Origin: Zancudomyces culisetae HAW-14-8
Lineage: Eukaryota; Fungi; Kickxellomycota
Length of the DNA stretch: 64,000 nucleotides
NCBI GenBank assembly: GCA_052426225.1
Contig: JBNJNM010000007.1
Span: forward strand, 1,054,448 to 1,118,447
Reading direction: 5' to 3'
The notes under the pieces were generated by a model that was not told the DNA's origin, ran no database searches, and saw only the letters and a list, made by a program, of their open reading frames with translations. The translations under genes were made by a program, and so were the position numbers. Of the stretch, positions 11,894-23,478 are shown one piece after another; within the stretch, counting starts at the first letter, position 1; each line of letters begins with the position of its first letter.

Positions 11894-13202
11894 ATGGTGC
11901 CCGCAATTGGTTCAAAATCACGGCTCCTTCACAAGACAATCATAGCGCCAATGCTTGATGTCACTACGTTGCCATTTTTGGAGTTATGCAGCATAATTTC
12001 ACCCCATTCGAAGCATGCGTATTACTCTGAAATGTTTTACGCACGGGCGCTAATTGACGGAGAGCTAAGACCAGGATCGGTTAAATACAAGCAAAACATT
12101 CCAATAAACAATAGAATGTGGGGGAAGGGATTGGCAGTACAAATAGGTACCGATAATCCAAAAGATGCATACAAGGCAGTAGAAAAATTGGTTGAAGCGG
12201 GTGTTAACGAGGTAAATTTAAATATCGGATGTCCTAGCGATCATGTCCAGGTAAGTAATAACACGAATAGTGACTTAGTAAATATACAGGAATAAAACCG
12301 AGCTTTCCAGTGCAACGATTGCTTGTTTGTAGTTATTTTTTATCTTTTCTAATTTAAAAGCGTCCTGGGCTGGAAATAATATAATAGAGCGGGAATTTTG
12401 GAGCGATACTAATGAAAACTCCTGAAAAAGTGGGTGATATATGTAAGGCCATGAAGGAGGCTGCTGGGGACAGTGCAGAAATTTCAGTAAAGTTTAGAGT
12501 GGGTGTGGACGAAGAAGAAAATTTGGATTTTATCAGTAGGTTTCTGGACATGGTATCGACAAAGAGTAGTGTAACAAAATATGTTTTACATGCTAGAAGG
12601 GCATGGCTAAAAGGATTGTCACCTAAACAGAACAGAACCGTTCCACCATTGAACTATGATTTGGTATATGAGACCGTAAAAAAATACCCAGAATTTGTAT
12701 TTATAGGAAATGGTGGAGTTGAAACCACAGAGGGTGTTGTGGAAAAGCTGGAAAAGCTGGATGGGGTAATGATTGGAGAAAGATAATGCACGACCCTTGG
12801 TTTCTGCAAGTCCTTGATAGGGAGATATATGGGATTGATGAATCACTAGTACCAACAGAGGAACAGGTGATGTCAAGGTATTTGGACTATGCAGATATGC
12901 TACAAAAAACGGTTGGAACGAAGAATACGATTTTAGCCAAGCCCATGTTTTTAATATATAAAGGAAATAAAGGACGGTTTTTTAGGGGCCAGCTCGGTCA
13001 GTTGATAAGCAAAGTGAGTGGCAAAAGGTATGTAGCAGGAGGCATTGAAAAGGGTGATTCGCTTTGGGGTACTGAAAGCGAAATACATGGTCATCCGTTA
13101 TTTAGCACTCTGGTGAACGAGACACTTCACTTGTGTAACAAGCAATTTGAACATATAAAGGCAAAAAAAGAGACTTCAGCTGGCATCACATCTATCCATT
13201 GA
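11894..13202 (+). CDS. dusA: tRNA-dihydrouridine synthase, DusA-type; intron 12251-12387 and an apparent 1-bp frameshift at ~12777
   Basis: IAPMLDVT, VQIG, NLNIGCPSDHVQ|SGNFGAILM, HARRAWLKGLSPKQNRTVPPLNY, NGG, DGVMIG; adding one A restores GRKIMHDPW. Confidence 0.85.
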
Positions 13203-13422
13203 GAAGAGATTTTTTTTTTCAAGTGGCAAGTACCAGTGTTTACGTAGAAATAGAACTGTAGAAACAATTAAGACTTTTTATTAACAATAGATAGATCAAG
13301 TAAAATAAAATGAATTAGAACAAAATAAAATAAAATGTGCGCTAATATACAACGTAAAAAGATAAAGGTCAAGAAGACTTGGTGAAATTCAGAGGGATCA
13401 GATTTCAAGCTGCAAGGCTACT

Positions 13423-16400
13423 CTAATGGTGGTGGTAATGTTGGTGGTAGTACTGATGAATTTCTTTGTTGATGAGTTCAAGACCTTTATCGTCGTTTAA
13501 GGTGACAAAAAAGGATCTGATGACTTTGTAGAGATGGAGATCAGGAACTACCTTGAATGAGTGTATGGACTGTAAAAGTTCTAAGGTTTTAACTAAAGAG
13601 GGATCAGGTGAGGAGGTTGCTGGAAAGGGAGCTTGAAGGTTGTTCGGACTCTGAGTTTTTCCTCCACCTTTGTTTTGTAGTTTTAGAGTTAGCATAAATG
13701 TACGGATTTGTAAAAACAGAGTGAGAGAATATAAATCGAATTTGAGGTTAGAGTAACTTTCTTGGGAATGCTCCTGTGAGTTCTGGAAATTATTTTTGTG
13801 AATATTCTTGTTGTCTGAAGTTGGTTGTAAAGAGGTTTGAAACAAGAGAGATTCAATCGTATCAATGGTGGAGGCGAAGTTTGCGGGCGAGAAAGGTACT
13901 AGTTTTCCGGATGGATCAGATATCACAGAGTTAAAACCAGTATCGCTAGAAACGCTGATTATGGATGAGGATCGCAGAGAAGATAGAGTGGTTTTGTAGA
14001 TTGCTTGAGTCAAAATAGTAAACGAGACGGTATCTGGTCTTATATTTTCGCTCAGCATAAAATTCCAAAATGCAAAAAGATTTGAAATTTCATTAGATCG
14101 CATATACACAGTCAGCATTGCGTTACATATGTAAATGTTCAAGTCGAAGCGGTCAATGTATGTATTGAACAGCTGCTTTGCAAGTTGTTTATTGGTGCTA
14201 TGTTGCTCGTGATATTCGTGGTGTTGTTTGGTAGAATGGCTTATCAAACTTGTAGAGACAAAATCATACATGCGTTTTAAATATTCTTTATCGCGCATTC
14301 TTTCCCTGCTAGAGTAACTTTCGAATTGGTAAGGAGTATTATCCTGTGACAATATGCCTGTGGTGGTTTGAAGCAGGGTTTTTAACATGTTTGGTGGAAT
14401 TGAACTACGTACAGTTTTAAGAATCAAATATACAGCGTTGAGGTCTATGCCTATTTTCGTTTTTTTCATCAAATCTAAAATGACAGCTACTTGGTTCCAA
14501 TCCTTTAAATGTACTAGAGACTCGATAGCTAGGTCAAACAGGGGTGTGAGTGCTTTGATATCTGATACGGCACTATATTGACTATTAGAACCGCTACTTG
14601 CATCCTTTTGTAGTTCACTAGATTTCAAAATGGGCTTGACAATTCTATTAAACTCGTTTATTGTTTCAAAGTGTTGATAATTGGTTAAGTACACTCCTAG
14701 ATATGCAGAAACAACAGATGATGCAGCCATTTTTCTATCAACGGAGTCTGACACAAGTCCAGCACGAATTTCTTGTTCGAATATTCTAAACAAAGCCCTG
14801 GCATGTCTTAATTGCCCTTTGGCTGCCATCACATTGAACGCCACTGCTATCATATGCTCATCAAACCGTTTCTCACTTCGCAGCTGTCTTTTTTTTACTG
14901 CCATGTTTTCTCTTTGTAAGAGTTTGGCCATTAATATGTTCCATCCTCTGTACTGTGAAATTCTAATTCTTATAGGTGTTAGACTGAGTCTATTCCCATA
15001 TTTGTTTAAAAAAAATATTTTGATAACGTTTGTGATTATCCGGTTGTTGATATATACCCGCTCCATCTTCATACCCATAAATACTTTTGCTGCAACTTCC
15101 ATAAGATATTTGGAGTGTTCACAAGACTTATCATCTTTCAACTCTCTTTGGAGTGTACCAAAAATAAGCTCGTAGGTCATCGAGTTTTTTGGAATCCCCC
15201 GGATTTCCATCTCTCTGGCCCATTCCAGCATTTCATTTACGTTTTTGAAAGCTGAACATCCTAATAGCACAAAGTTGTACATTTTTTGACTAAATTCATT
15301 TTGTTCAATTTCGTCTTTTAACTCATGAATCAATCCTTCAAATTCATTTTGCTCCTTTGGTTCTCTTTTGACCATCCCCCTGATTATCTGGATCCATACG
15401 TTTTCTTGTATTTGCATCACATTCCACTTTTTTAAAGTTTTTATTTCTGTATATAGCTGGTCAAACCACTCCCAGTCCTCTTTATTTACCGCAACTCTTA
15501 TCATTTCCGAATATGTTGTCGAGTTGCTAGCTATTCCGTACCCTTGCATTTCTTGTTTTATCTTTTCTATTTCCTCTCGAGTTGTCGAAGCCGCTGCACC
15601 CATAACTCTAAATAATATGTTATATTCATCACTTGTAGGCTGAACCAGTCTAAATTCTGTGGGTTTTGAGATTTTTTGTCTCCTTATAGCTCTTGACACC
15701 AAGCCTATACTTTCATTGGTAATGCATTCTCTTTCACTATTCCACATTTTTCTAATGTAGTTTTTGGCTCTAACTTTGTTAGCTTCTCGTTCTCTATTGA
15801 TCGGAGACTCGAGTGCATTTTTCAGTAGAGTATCTATGCTCAATTCATTATTTATCATACTACAGGTACCGTACCGATATATCTCTTTATCTATATTGTT
15901 CGTTGTCTTTAAGCAGCTCTTTAAAAGCTCCTTCCACATTTCCATGCTTATTGCATTAGTATATTCTGCTAACAAAATTAAATCATACATCTCCCATATT
16001 TTTCCCTTGCTGGCTTTTTTTTTCCTGAGTTCTTGTTCCAAATTCCTAATTAGCTTACTTGACTCCAATCTTTCTGCTCTTTTCATATCTAATACCTTGT
16101 TTCCTTTTGAAGGGATGCAATGTTTCCCAAGAAAGTTCAAGGTTTCTTGAATATCTTTGTTATGTATTGATTGGGCAAGATGTTCTTGCGTTGTAGCTTT
16201 CTCCCTCCAAATTCTGTTCCTGGTTTCCAAAACATTTTTTCTTAAAGTTTCCATACTCTCCTACATTCGATCGTGTTTGCGCGCTTTCCCCAAATATTGC
16301 TCTTATCCTTTCTTTAATTCTAATGCTGTACCTTCTCCCTCTTAAGAATTCCGACTTTAAACCCCCAGCTACTCCTATTTTTGCTAAGCCTTGCGTCCTC

Positions 16401-16462
16401 AAGTCGCTTGTTGTAAGATCCCTCAGCAAGATCGTTGCCTTTGCATTTGCACGAACTTGCAT
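13423..16462 (-). CDS. Mitochondrial pentatricopeptide-repeat (PPR) protein; main ORF 16254-13423, probable 5' extension from 16462 across a frameshift at ~16260
   Basis: PPR-like units (NSTTYSEMIR, YNFVLLGCS...M..RGIPKNSMTYELI, ICNAMLTVY...ENIRPDTVSFTIL, VVPDLHLY). The upstream overlapping ORF looks like an Arg-rich presequence. Confidence 0.8.
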
Positions 16463-16835
16463 TCCTTACATACGTACCAATTCACTGTTTTTATTTTCTG
16501 TTGTTTTAGTTGGACATCTTCTTTAGAGAGAATTGCAGTTATTACGATATGTCAATACTTGAAATTACCACATGGATTCTTTGTTTTGGTATATGAGCTA
16601 AAGCTAGTCTTGTGTTAAAAACCTGCCTGGTTTTTAGGCAGAAAAAATTTTTTTCTTATAATAATTTGCAATCTCCTCTATTTAGTTTAGTGTTTGATTA
16701 AGTGGTGTCGAATTGATTTTGTCGTGAAAAAACCAAAAGTAAATATATGATAATATAAATTATAATCGATGATGATTTGATGATTGATAGAAAAACGTGT
16801 TAAAGAAGAGAGATAGATGTAGAAAGACGGGAGAA

Positions 16836-16855
16836 GGGGGGGGGGGGGGGGGGGG
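16836..16855 (+). repeat. Poly-G tract (~20 nt)
   Basis: Directly visible homopolymer at the boundary between housekeeping and accessory zones. Confidence 0.9.
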
Positions 16856-19268
16856 TGCGAGTTTGCAGAAGAGTTTAAGCAGTTGAAATTGAAGTTTTAC
16901 GTTAAAATAAAAGCTGCAAAGAAAATGTGTAATATAATAACACTAGCACGACAAATATAGATACTCAAAAAAAAAAGTTGCATAGTATCCAGGAATATGC
17001 TCTCAAATACATATTTTGTTGTTTATTACAAAGGTACTTATCTTAAGGGAGTGGAAACAGAAAGAAGCAACTATTTGAATCGCGATGTGCCAACTTTAAG
17101 AAAATTATCCGTTTACTTCTGGTTGTTCAATGTAACTACTGAGCCATTTTTCCGAACACAATATACAATGATCGGGGAAGCAATAGCCGTTTGTGCTGCT
17201 AAAGGCGGTGTAAATGTACCTGTTGTCGCAAAAACAACCAGACCTGTTCTAAAAAACTGTATAACTATTCTTTCTTTTTTCTTTCTCCTATGTTATTCTT
17301 AGAAGTGCACATCACCTTAAGTTTTTGACTTTATTTAACTACCTGAAGCAATCTCTACCGTTTTTACAAAAATATAAAAAAAAGGTATTAAATGTGAGTG
17401 GGAAGAACTTCCTACCAAGAAATACTCCATATTGAAAAACAATTTAGGGTACCAATTGAAAGATCTGCCAAGAAAATTGTTGAGATTGTTATTGTTATTA
17501 GCAGAAATAAAGAGGTTTGCTGCTGCACCTGACGTATATGGCTCACTACTTTCTAAATGGAATTATCAGATTGATATGAAAAGTACTCAGAATCCTGTTA
17601 TAGCTCAGTTGATAACGGATATAATTGGGATTACTGCTATATCATATCTTATAATATCTTTTTCTTTTTGTGAGACTAACCCAAAAAAGTCAAAAAATCA
17701 TATTAGTTTGTTTAGATTAATGCGAATTTAGAGTTTAGGTACTTGTACATCAAATCCAACCACACTGATTTAAGTAGTGAACAAAAAAAAAACCTCCTTT
17801 ACTCCACCTGTACAACGAAAACATATTGTTGACACGTATGAGCTCAATGGCGGTTATTTGCACAGGTACTTGTACTTTTTTCTACACTAATAAAAGTCCC
17901 TTTTTAAATATTTAGAGTCTGTAAACTTTGGATTAATATTACCAACGACACGTGCTTGTATAATTAGGCACTAGATCCAGGTTTATTTTTTGGTTTTATT
18001 GTTCCATCGAACCAAGTTACAAGTTTATGGTTCTTTATATGTTCAACCATAAATAGCTGATACACAGTCAAATCGTATAATGGGAAAGTTCAAGCAAGTT
18101 GTTAATAATGATATGTGTAAGCGGATTAATAGGTACGAGTGGGCAACTTGAGAAAACTCTGCTACGATCGTTACCTTTAACTAAAAGTTTTACCTCCTTT
18201 TATTGATTTGCTGGTAGAGGTAGGCATAACCAGTTTACCTGCTTGAATTCCTTGATTAACCATTGATGGTTTTTGGAACAGTTTATTTACCAAAACATTA
18301 TATTTTTGATTTACCGTTTTAACCTTTGAGGTTTAACCATCAAGCTCAGAGGACGTGGAAAACGCAAAAAGGTCTTGCTACAAAATGTTTGTGGAGGTAT
18401 TGGTTTATGTAGATCGATCATTCAATTTATTTTAGCCACTTGGGAGGAAATTCAGATCAATTAGAGAGATAGTACCATGCCTAAACCAAAATTATTGCGT
18501 TTTTATTATTATTACAACTCTGGGGAATCTGCCCGTGATTTTATTAAATATTTCTTTAGTTAAGGTTCTTGCAATAAAATTGTTTTTTCCAATGTGGCCA
18601 AACAAAACTGAGAGATAATCTATTTGTTGTTGATAAATTATAAAATCTAAAAAATATGTATTTTTTATTTGGTTTAGCACTTATTTTTTCTAAGGGGATT
18701 GAACTGCGAATCACATGCCTAATTTTCCAGCGAATACTAGGCGATTTATGGTTATTTACCAGGGGTTTGTATTTTGCTGGACTAACCTCCAACGATTTTA
18801 TATAGCTATACTCGGTCATTAATTGGAAAGAACAAGGCAAATAAAACAATACAATTCAACAAGGTGTATAAAGCTCTTTGAAATAAGCTTAAGATCGATA
18901 ATGAGCCAACACTACTTCCGGTACAGTTCGGGACAAATAGCCAATCTATCAAAAATAATATGAGTGTTTTTTAATATTTTTATAAGGTAAATGTGTGAAA
19001 TAATGACTAATTGCTGTTAATTCTTACTACTGCTCAACTCTACTGGTATTAAGTGTTTTTTCATCCATTTTAGAGACACAAAAGCATTATAAATAGTACA
19101 AAAGTCCCATAAAGCTAATATCTAATAAAATAGTATATACTTTAATCTATCCTCGTAAATTACATGTTAATTAATTAATTATTTATTTAAAGTTTTTTGG
19201 AAACGGGTACCTGTAATCCAGATAATTAATAGAAAACTTGTAAAAGAACAATCAAGGAAAAAAAATAT

Positions 19269-21128
19269 ATGAAAAGAAGGATTCAAGTTGGCCTAGTCAT
19301 GGATAAAGCGATAAAGAAAATTTTAATGGTAACATTCGTGTTACTATTAAATTCCTTACTTTTTGCCAATGGTCAATTTATTGGTGTAGGAAGTACCTCG
19401 GAGCAATTTGATCAGTTTCTTTACTACTTTGACAATCAAGTAGATGACGCTAAGGACAGAGAAAATCTTATGACAGAGTTTAGAATTGCTCGTGAGGTAC
19501 AGGAAATATTTTGGCCATTGTTTGCCTTGGCATATACCATCTTTATTGTATTGACATTGGTGGCCTATCTGAGATTCTCTAAAAACACGAATGAGTTTTA
19601 TTTCAAGTCAAAAACGCTTACCCTAGCCACAGTACTTTCAGGATGGTTGTATACAATAAACTTGATAGCACAGGAAACGCTTGTAGAGTCTTACCCTTGC
19701 TTCTTGCGTTTGTGGTTTGCCAATTTGGTGTTTCCTATATATGCAATTTCTATGCTTTTCAGAATTGTCCATTTTATTACGTTTGCAAGAACTAGCTTGT
19801 ATAAAGCTGAAATCTCGAATGTTATAACAGAACTGACGGAAAAAGAAAGCAACGAAGTAAAGTTTGAAGGTGTTTCCAAGGGAGTTATCTATAAGTTTGG
19901 ATACTTTTTCCGATACATTTACAATGCCAAGTTTCCAGAAAACTTAGAGGATAAAAGAGACGAACTCCAGTTCAGAATAAACACAAACAACTTTATTCTT
20001 GACCTGTTTAGAAACCGAAACTTTTATATAGTTACAACAATAATCTCGATTGCCGGTATAGCTATGACAATTCACAACACTACGTCTGGACCCTACCAAA
20101 TGATACCTGTGAGCTTTTCATGTCGGTTTAGTTATAATATGTACAAGCTATATCATCTTGTCTTTGTGGGAATTCTTGTATCTTTCTACGCTGTTCTGGT
20201 ATTTGCCTGTATTGGATACAAGGACGCATACGGAATGCAACTTGAATTGATTTTGATTATGGTTTTGACTATTGCATCATATGTAGCATCGATGATATAT
20301 GATTATGCTGCAACAATCGAAGAACTTGTTCTATTTACCGGAGACTTGTTTCACATTATTGTATATGTGATACAATATATTCTGATTGTGTTCGTTCCAT
20401 TGCTTAGATTAAACAGAGATTGGTTTTTGCATTTATGGAGAAAAGACATCAAAGACGAAAAAAAGGCTGCAGCGTCAAAAAAAGAACAGTTCGAAGGTAT
20501 CTTGTCATATCCAGAAGGATTTTTAAGACTAGGGAAGGCTGCTAACGAAACATTCTGTCCAGAAAATGTAGAATTCATTAAAGATTATCAGGTTTTGAAG
20601 TATATGGTGTGCTCATACATTTTTTCTGCTGGCGAAAAGTTTGAAAAAGAAGGCGCATCACATGATAAAAAAGCTAATATTGAAGACCAATTCGAAAAGA
20701 AAAGGCATAGTATTATTTCCATGGAATCAACAAGTAGTCTAGAGTACCAAACTGATGTAGATTTCTATTCCTTAATCTCCGGAGACATTATTCCCTCACT
20801 TCCTGGGACCATACCAGAAGCTGTATATTCAATGAACTTGATGAGCGATCTAAACAAAATAAATGAGGCGGAAGGTTTCACAGCCAGGACAACTTCGAAG
20901 CTGAGTAGAGTTCCAAATAAACTAGTAGCCAAATACGAAGCTTTCTTTAAGAAGTTTATTAATGAGAATGCAACACTGGCAGTAAATGTAGCTGATCGAT
21001 TCTTTGTTCCAATCAAAGTCCAGTTTAACAAGAAGGAGTATACGCTTGGCATTTATGATGAAGTTTTTGATCAAGTTCTTAAGAATTTGTATGAAAACAC
21101 ATACCCAGTGATGCTTAAAAAGCTTTAA
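19269..21128 (+). CDS. Multi-pass membrane protein with C-terminal RGS domain (7TM-RGS/GprK-like)
   Basis: Signal-like N-terminus and about 7 hydrophobic segments (YPCFLRLW, KDAYGMQLEL); split RGS motifs FCPENVEFIKDY and FINENATLAVNV...IYDEVFDQVLKNLYENTYP. Confidence 0.85.
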   Translation: MKRRIQVGLVMDKAIKKILMVTFVLLLNSLLFANGQFIGVGSTSEQFDQFLYYFDNQVDDAKDRENLMTEFRIAREVQEIFWPLFALAYTIFIVLTLVAYLRFSKNTNEFYFKSKTLTLATVLSGWLYTINLIAQETLVESYPCFLRLWFANLVFPIYAISMLFRIVHFITFARTSLYKAEISNVITELTEKESNEVKFEGVSKGVIYKFGYFFRYIYNAKFPENLEDKRDELQFRINTNNFILDLFRNRNFYIVTTIISIAGIAMTIHNTTSGPYQMIPVSFSCRFSYNMYKLYHLVFVGILVSFYAVLVFACIGYKDAYGMQLELILIMVLTIASYVASMIYDYAATIEELVLFTGDLFHIIVYVIQYILIVFVPLLRLNRDWFLHLWRKDIKDEKKAAASKKEQFEGILSYPEGFLRLGKAANETFCPENVEFIKDYQVLKYMVCSYIFSAGEKFEKEGASHDKKANIEDQFEKKRHSIISMESTSSLEYQTDVDFYSLISGDIIPSLPGTIPEAVYSMNLMSDLNKINEAEGFTARTTSKLSRVPNKLVAKYEAFFKKFINENATLAVNVADRFFVPIKVQFNKKEYTLGIYDEVFDQVLKNLYENTYPVMLKKL

Positions 21129-22795
21129 ATCATTTATTTATTGTAAATTTATATCCTACTTTTTAATAGATATTATTGTAAATACCAACCTTCACAAATA
21201 AAACGATACAAGTGTGACTAGTTAATTACTTTGTTCCACGCTGATAAAAAAAATACAAAGAAACCTGTTATGTTAACTGGTTGTAAATCAAATGGTATAT
21301 ATATTTTTTTTTTTCTTTTTTGAAGTTAGTAAAGCAAAATATGGTCAATTAGTTAATTAAGTAAAATGAAGGATCAAGTTCAAAAGTTAACACTTTAACT
21401 AAATATAAATTATTACTAGTTTAAAGGTATGAAAAAATGTTTTTCAGATCATATCACTATTCTTGGATAATGTTCCGGAAATATTAAAGACAGGATTAGA
21501 GAAGTGACTAGGAATAGGAATAGGATCAGGAATAGGTAATGAATTTTGTTTGAGGAACCTTAGTCAGTGAGTCTACAATACCATCCTTTGTTGTCCGTGA
21601 TTTCTTGAATTAGATAAAGTCAGAGCAAAGGTGATCCCATTGAACCAACGCCCGGTGGGTAAGGAGTTGCTAGAGAGACAGAGGAGAGTTGGCTAGGTTG
21701 ATATTATATAGAGTTGTTTTATTTAATTTTTATTTGGTGTTTATTTATTGGGTCTTTTGAACAAAATATAAACTAAGAGAAATAATTGGGCAATTTCCAA
21801 AATTGCAGTGAATGAGTAGCAAATGGGAATGATTTACTTTTTGAATCTATAGATTTTTGGTTCTTTTTTGACTAATACGTTTTTCGAGTATAGTGAGTTT
21901 TGCAGGAAAATCATGGATAAGCTTCTGGAGGGAGGAGTTAAACCTTGAACTTTTTGGAATTATTCGTGATACTAAGACCTCTTGAGCTAAAGCAGTGGCT
22001 TCCACATGCAGGTTTCTGAACAAAGTCTTTTTCACTTTGTTACCTAGCAGTGAAAAGCATTAAGTGTAGTCCCACTCCCCTTGAACTAATATCCCTCGGA
22101 TACCTGGTATTATAGAGAGTTGGAATGAAGGTGCGATGAACTTAGTTTAGTTGATTGTTTTTTTATGAACTTTTTGTCATCTAAATAAATATTACTTGGT
22201 CAGAAAAACAATATTTTGTAAATATACAATAAAAAAATTTAATTTTATTGTTATCTATACGTTCCTATTGTTCGTTTGAAGCAAATTTACAATAACTGTA
22301 TTGAACTTACAGTACTAGAACGCTTTTCTTTTGTAAAACCTGTAACAATATTTGTCCTCAATTCTTTTCTTTTTCCCGAACGCTTGTTATCATTTTATTT
22401 TACTTATTATTTTACTTTTATCATTTGCTCACCTTCTACATATTTATACCTCAATTGAAATTTGTCAAATATGTTGGTGTTCGTCTGTTCTTACGAGCAT
22501 GTATTTTACAATTATGTTTAGAAATATTAAAAACGATAGCTAGCTGTTAAACAAAGAAATCAAAACGTTCTGCATTTTCGTGGCTGTACTATAATCATAA
22601 TAGTGTTTGTACTAAAAATAATACTTTCACGGTTTGTTATTAGAGCAATAAACCATCAAGGTGATGTTGTGGTTTATAACAAAAATTCAACCTAGAGGCA
22701 TTCAAACCCAGCTCCTTTACAACAAAAGCATAGTCTAAATTAGCAATAGTTGTAGTATGTTTTGGATCTTGATACTCTAAAATACAAAAAAAAAC

Positions 22796-22803
22796 TATAT
22801 AAG
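22796..22803 (+). promoter_or_regulatory. TATA box of the Gly/His-rich gene
   Basis: TATATAAG ~80 nt upstream of the ATG; similar boxes at 36514 and 42100 precede other secreted-protein genes. Confidence 0.55.
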
Positions 22804-22875
22804 AGGAATTAGTTTCTTTACCATTTTATCAGACAAACCTAACCCTCAAATTATCAACCACTCAAAAAAAGTAAA

Positions 22876-23478
22876 ATGAAATCATTAACCCTTTCCCTAG
22901 CCGTATTAGCACTTTCAGCTGGAACCGCTATTGCAGGACGTAGCGGTGGTCACGGAGGACATCATGGAGGCCGCCACGGTCACGGCCACCGAGGATACAG
23001 ACACAGACACAGATACTGGAGAAATGGAATCTGGTACGATTACCCAGTTGCATACGCAGTAGCAGTACCAGTTACAGTTGGAGCCGTTGGAGCCGTTGGA
23101 GCTGTTGGTACTACCTATGGAACTGGTGCAGCCGTCGCAACAGGATATGATAGTGGAGCAGTTGGAGCAGTTGGAGCAGTTGGCACTGTTGGCACTACAT
23201 ATGATGCTGGTGCCGTTGGAGCTGTTGGGGCAGTTGGAGCTGTCAACACTGCATACGGAGCTGGTGCCGTTGGTGGAGTAGGAGTTGTTGGTGTAGAAAC
23301 ATACCCATCATACTACCCATTCTATGATGGCTTTTACTTTGATAGATTTGGTAGAAGACACAGACACAGACACGGTCACAGATGGGGTCACAGATGGGGT
23401 CACAGACATGGACATGGACATGGACACGGACACGGACATGGACACGGACACGGACATGGACACGGACACAGACATTAA
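22876..23478 (+). CDS. Secreted Gly/Ala/Val-repeat protein with His/Arg/Gly-rich termini
   Basis: Signal peptide MKSLTLSLAVLALSAGTAIA, repeated (GAV)3 blocks, terminal (HG)n. Confidence 0.9.
   Translation: MKSLTLSLAVLALSAGTAIAGRSGGHGGHHGGRHGHGHRGYRHRHRYWRNGIWYDYPVAYAVAVPVTVGAVGAVGAVGTTYGTGAAVATGYDSGAVGAVGAVGTVGTTYDAGAVGAVGAVGAVNTAYGAGAVGGVGVVGVETYPSYYPFYDGFYFDRFGRRHRHRHGHRWGHRWGHRHGHGHGHGHGHGHGHGHGHGHRH

Noticed and set aside
16255-16270. Programmed frameshift in the PPR gene
   Set aside because: No slippery site or stimulator; an indel in a GA-rich run is simpler, given other apparent indels in the window
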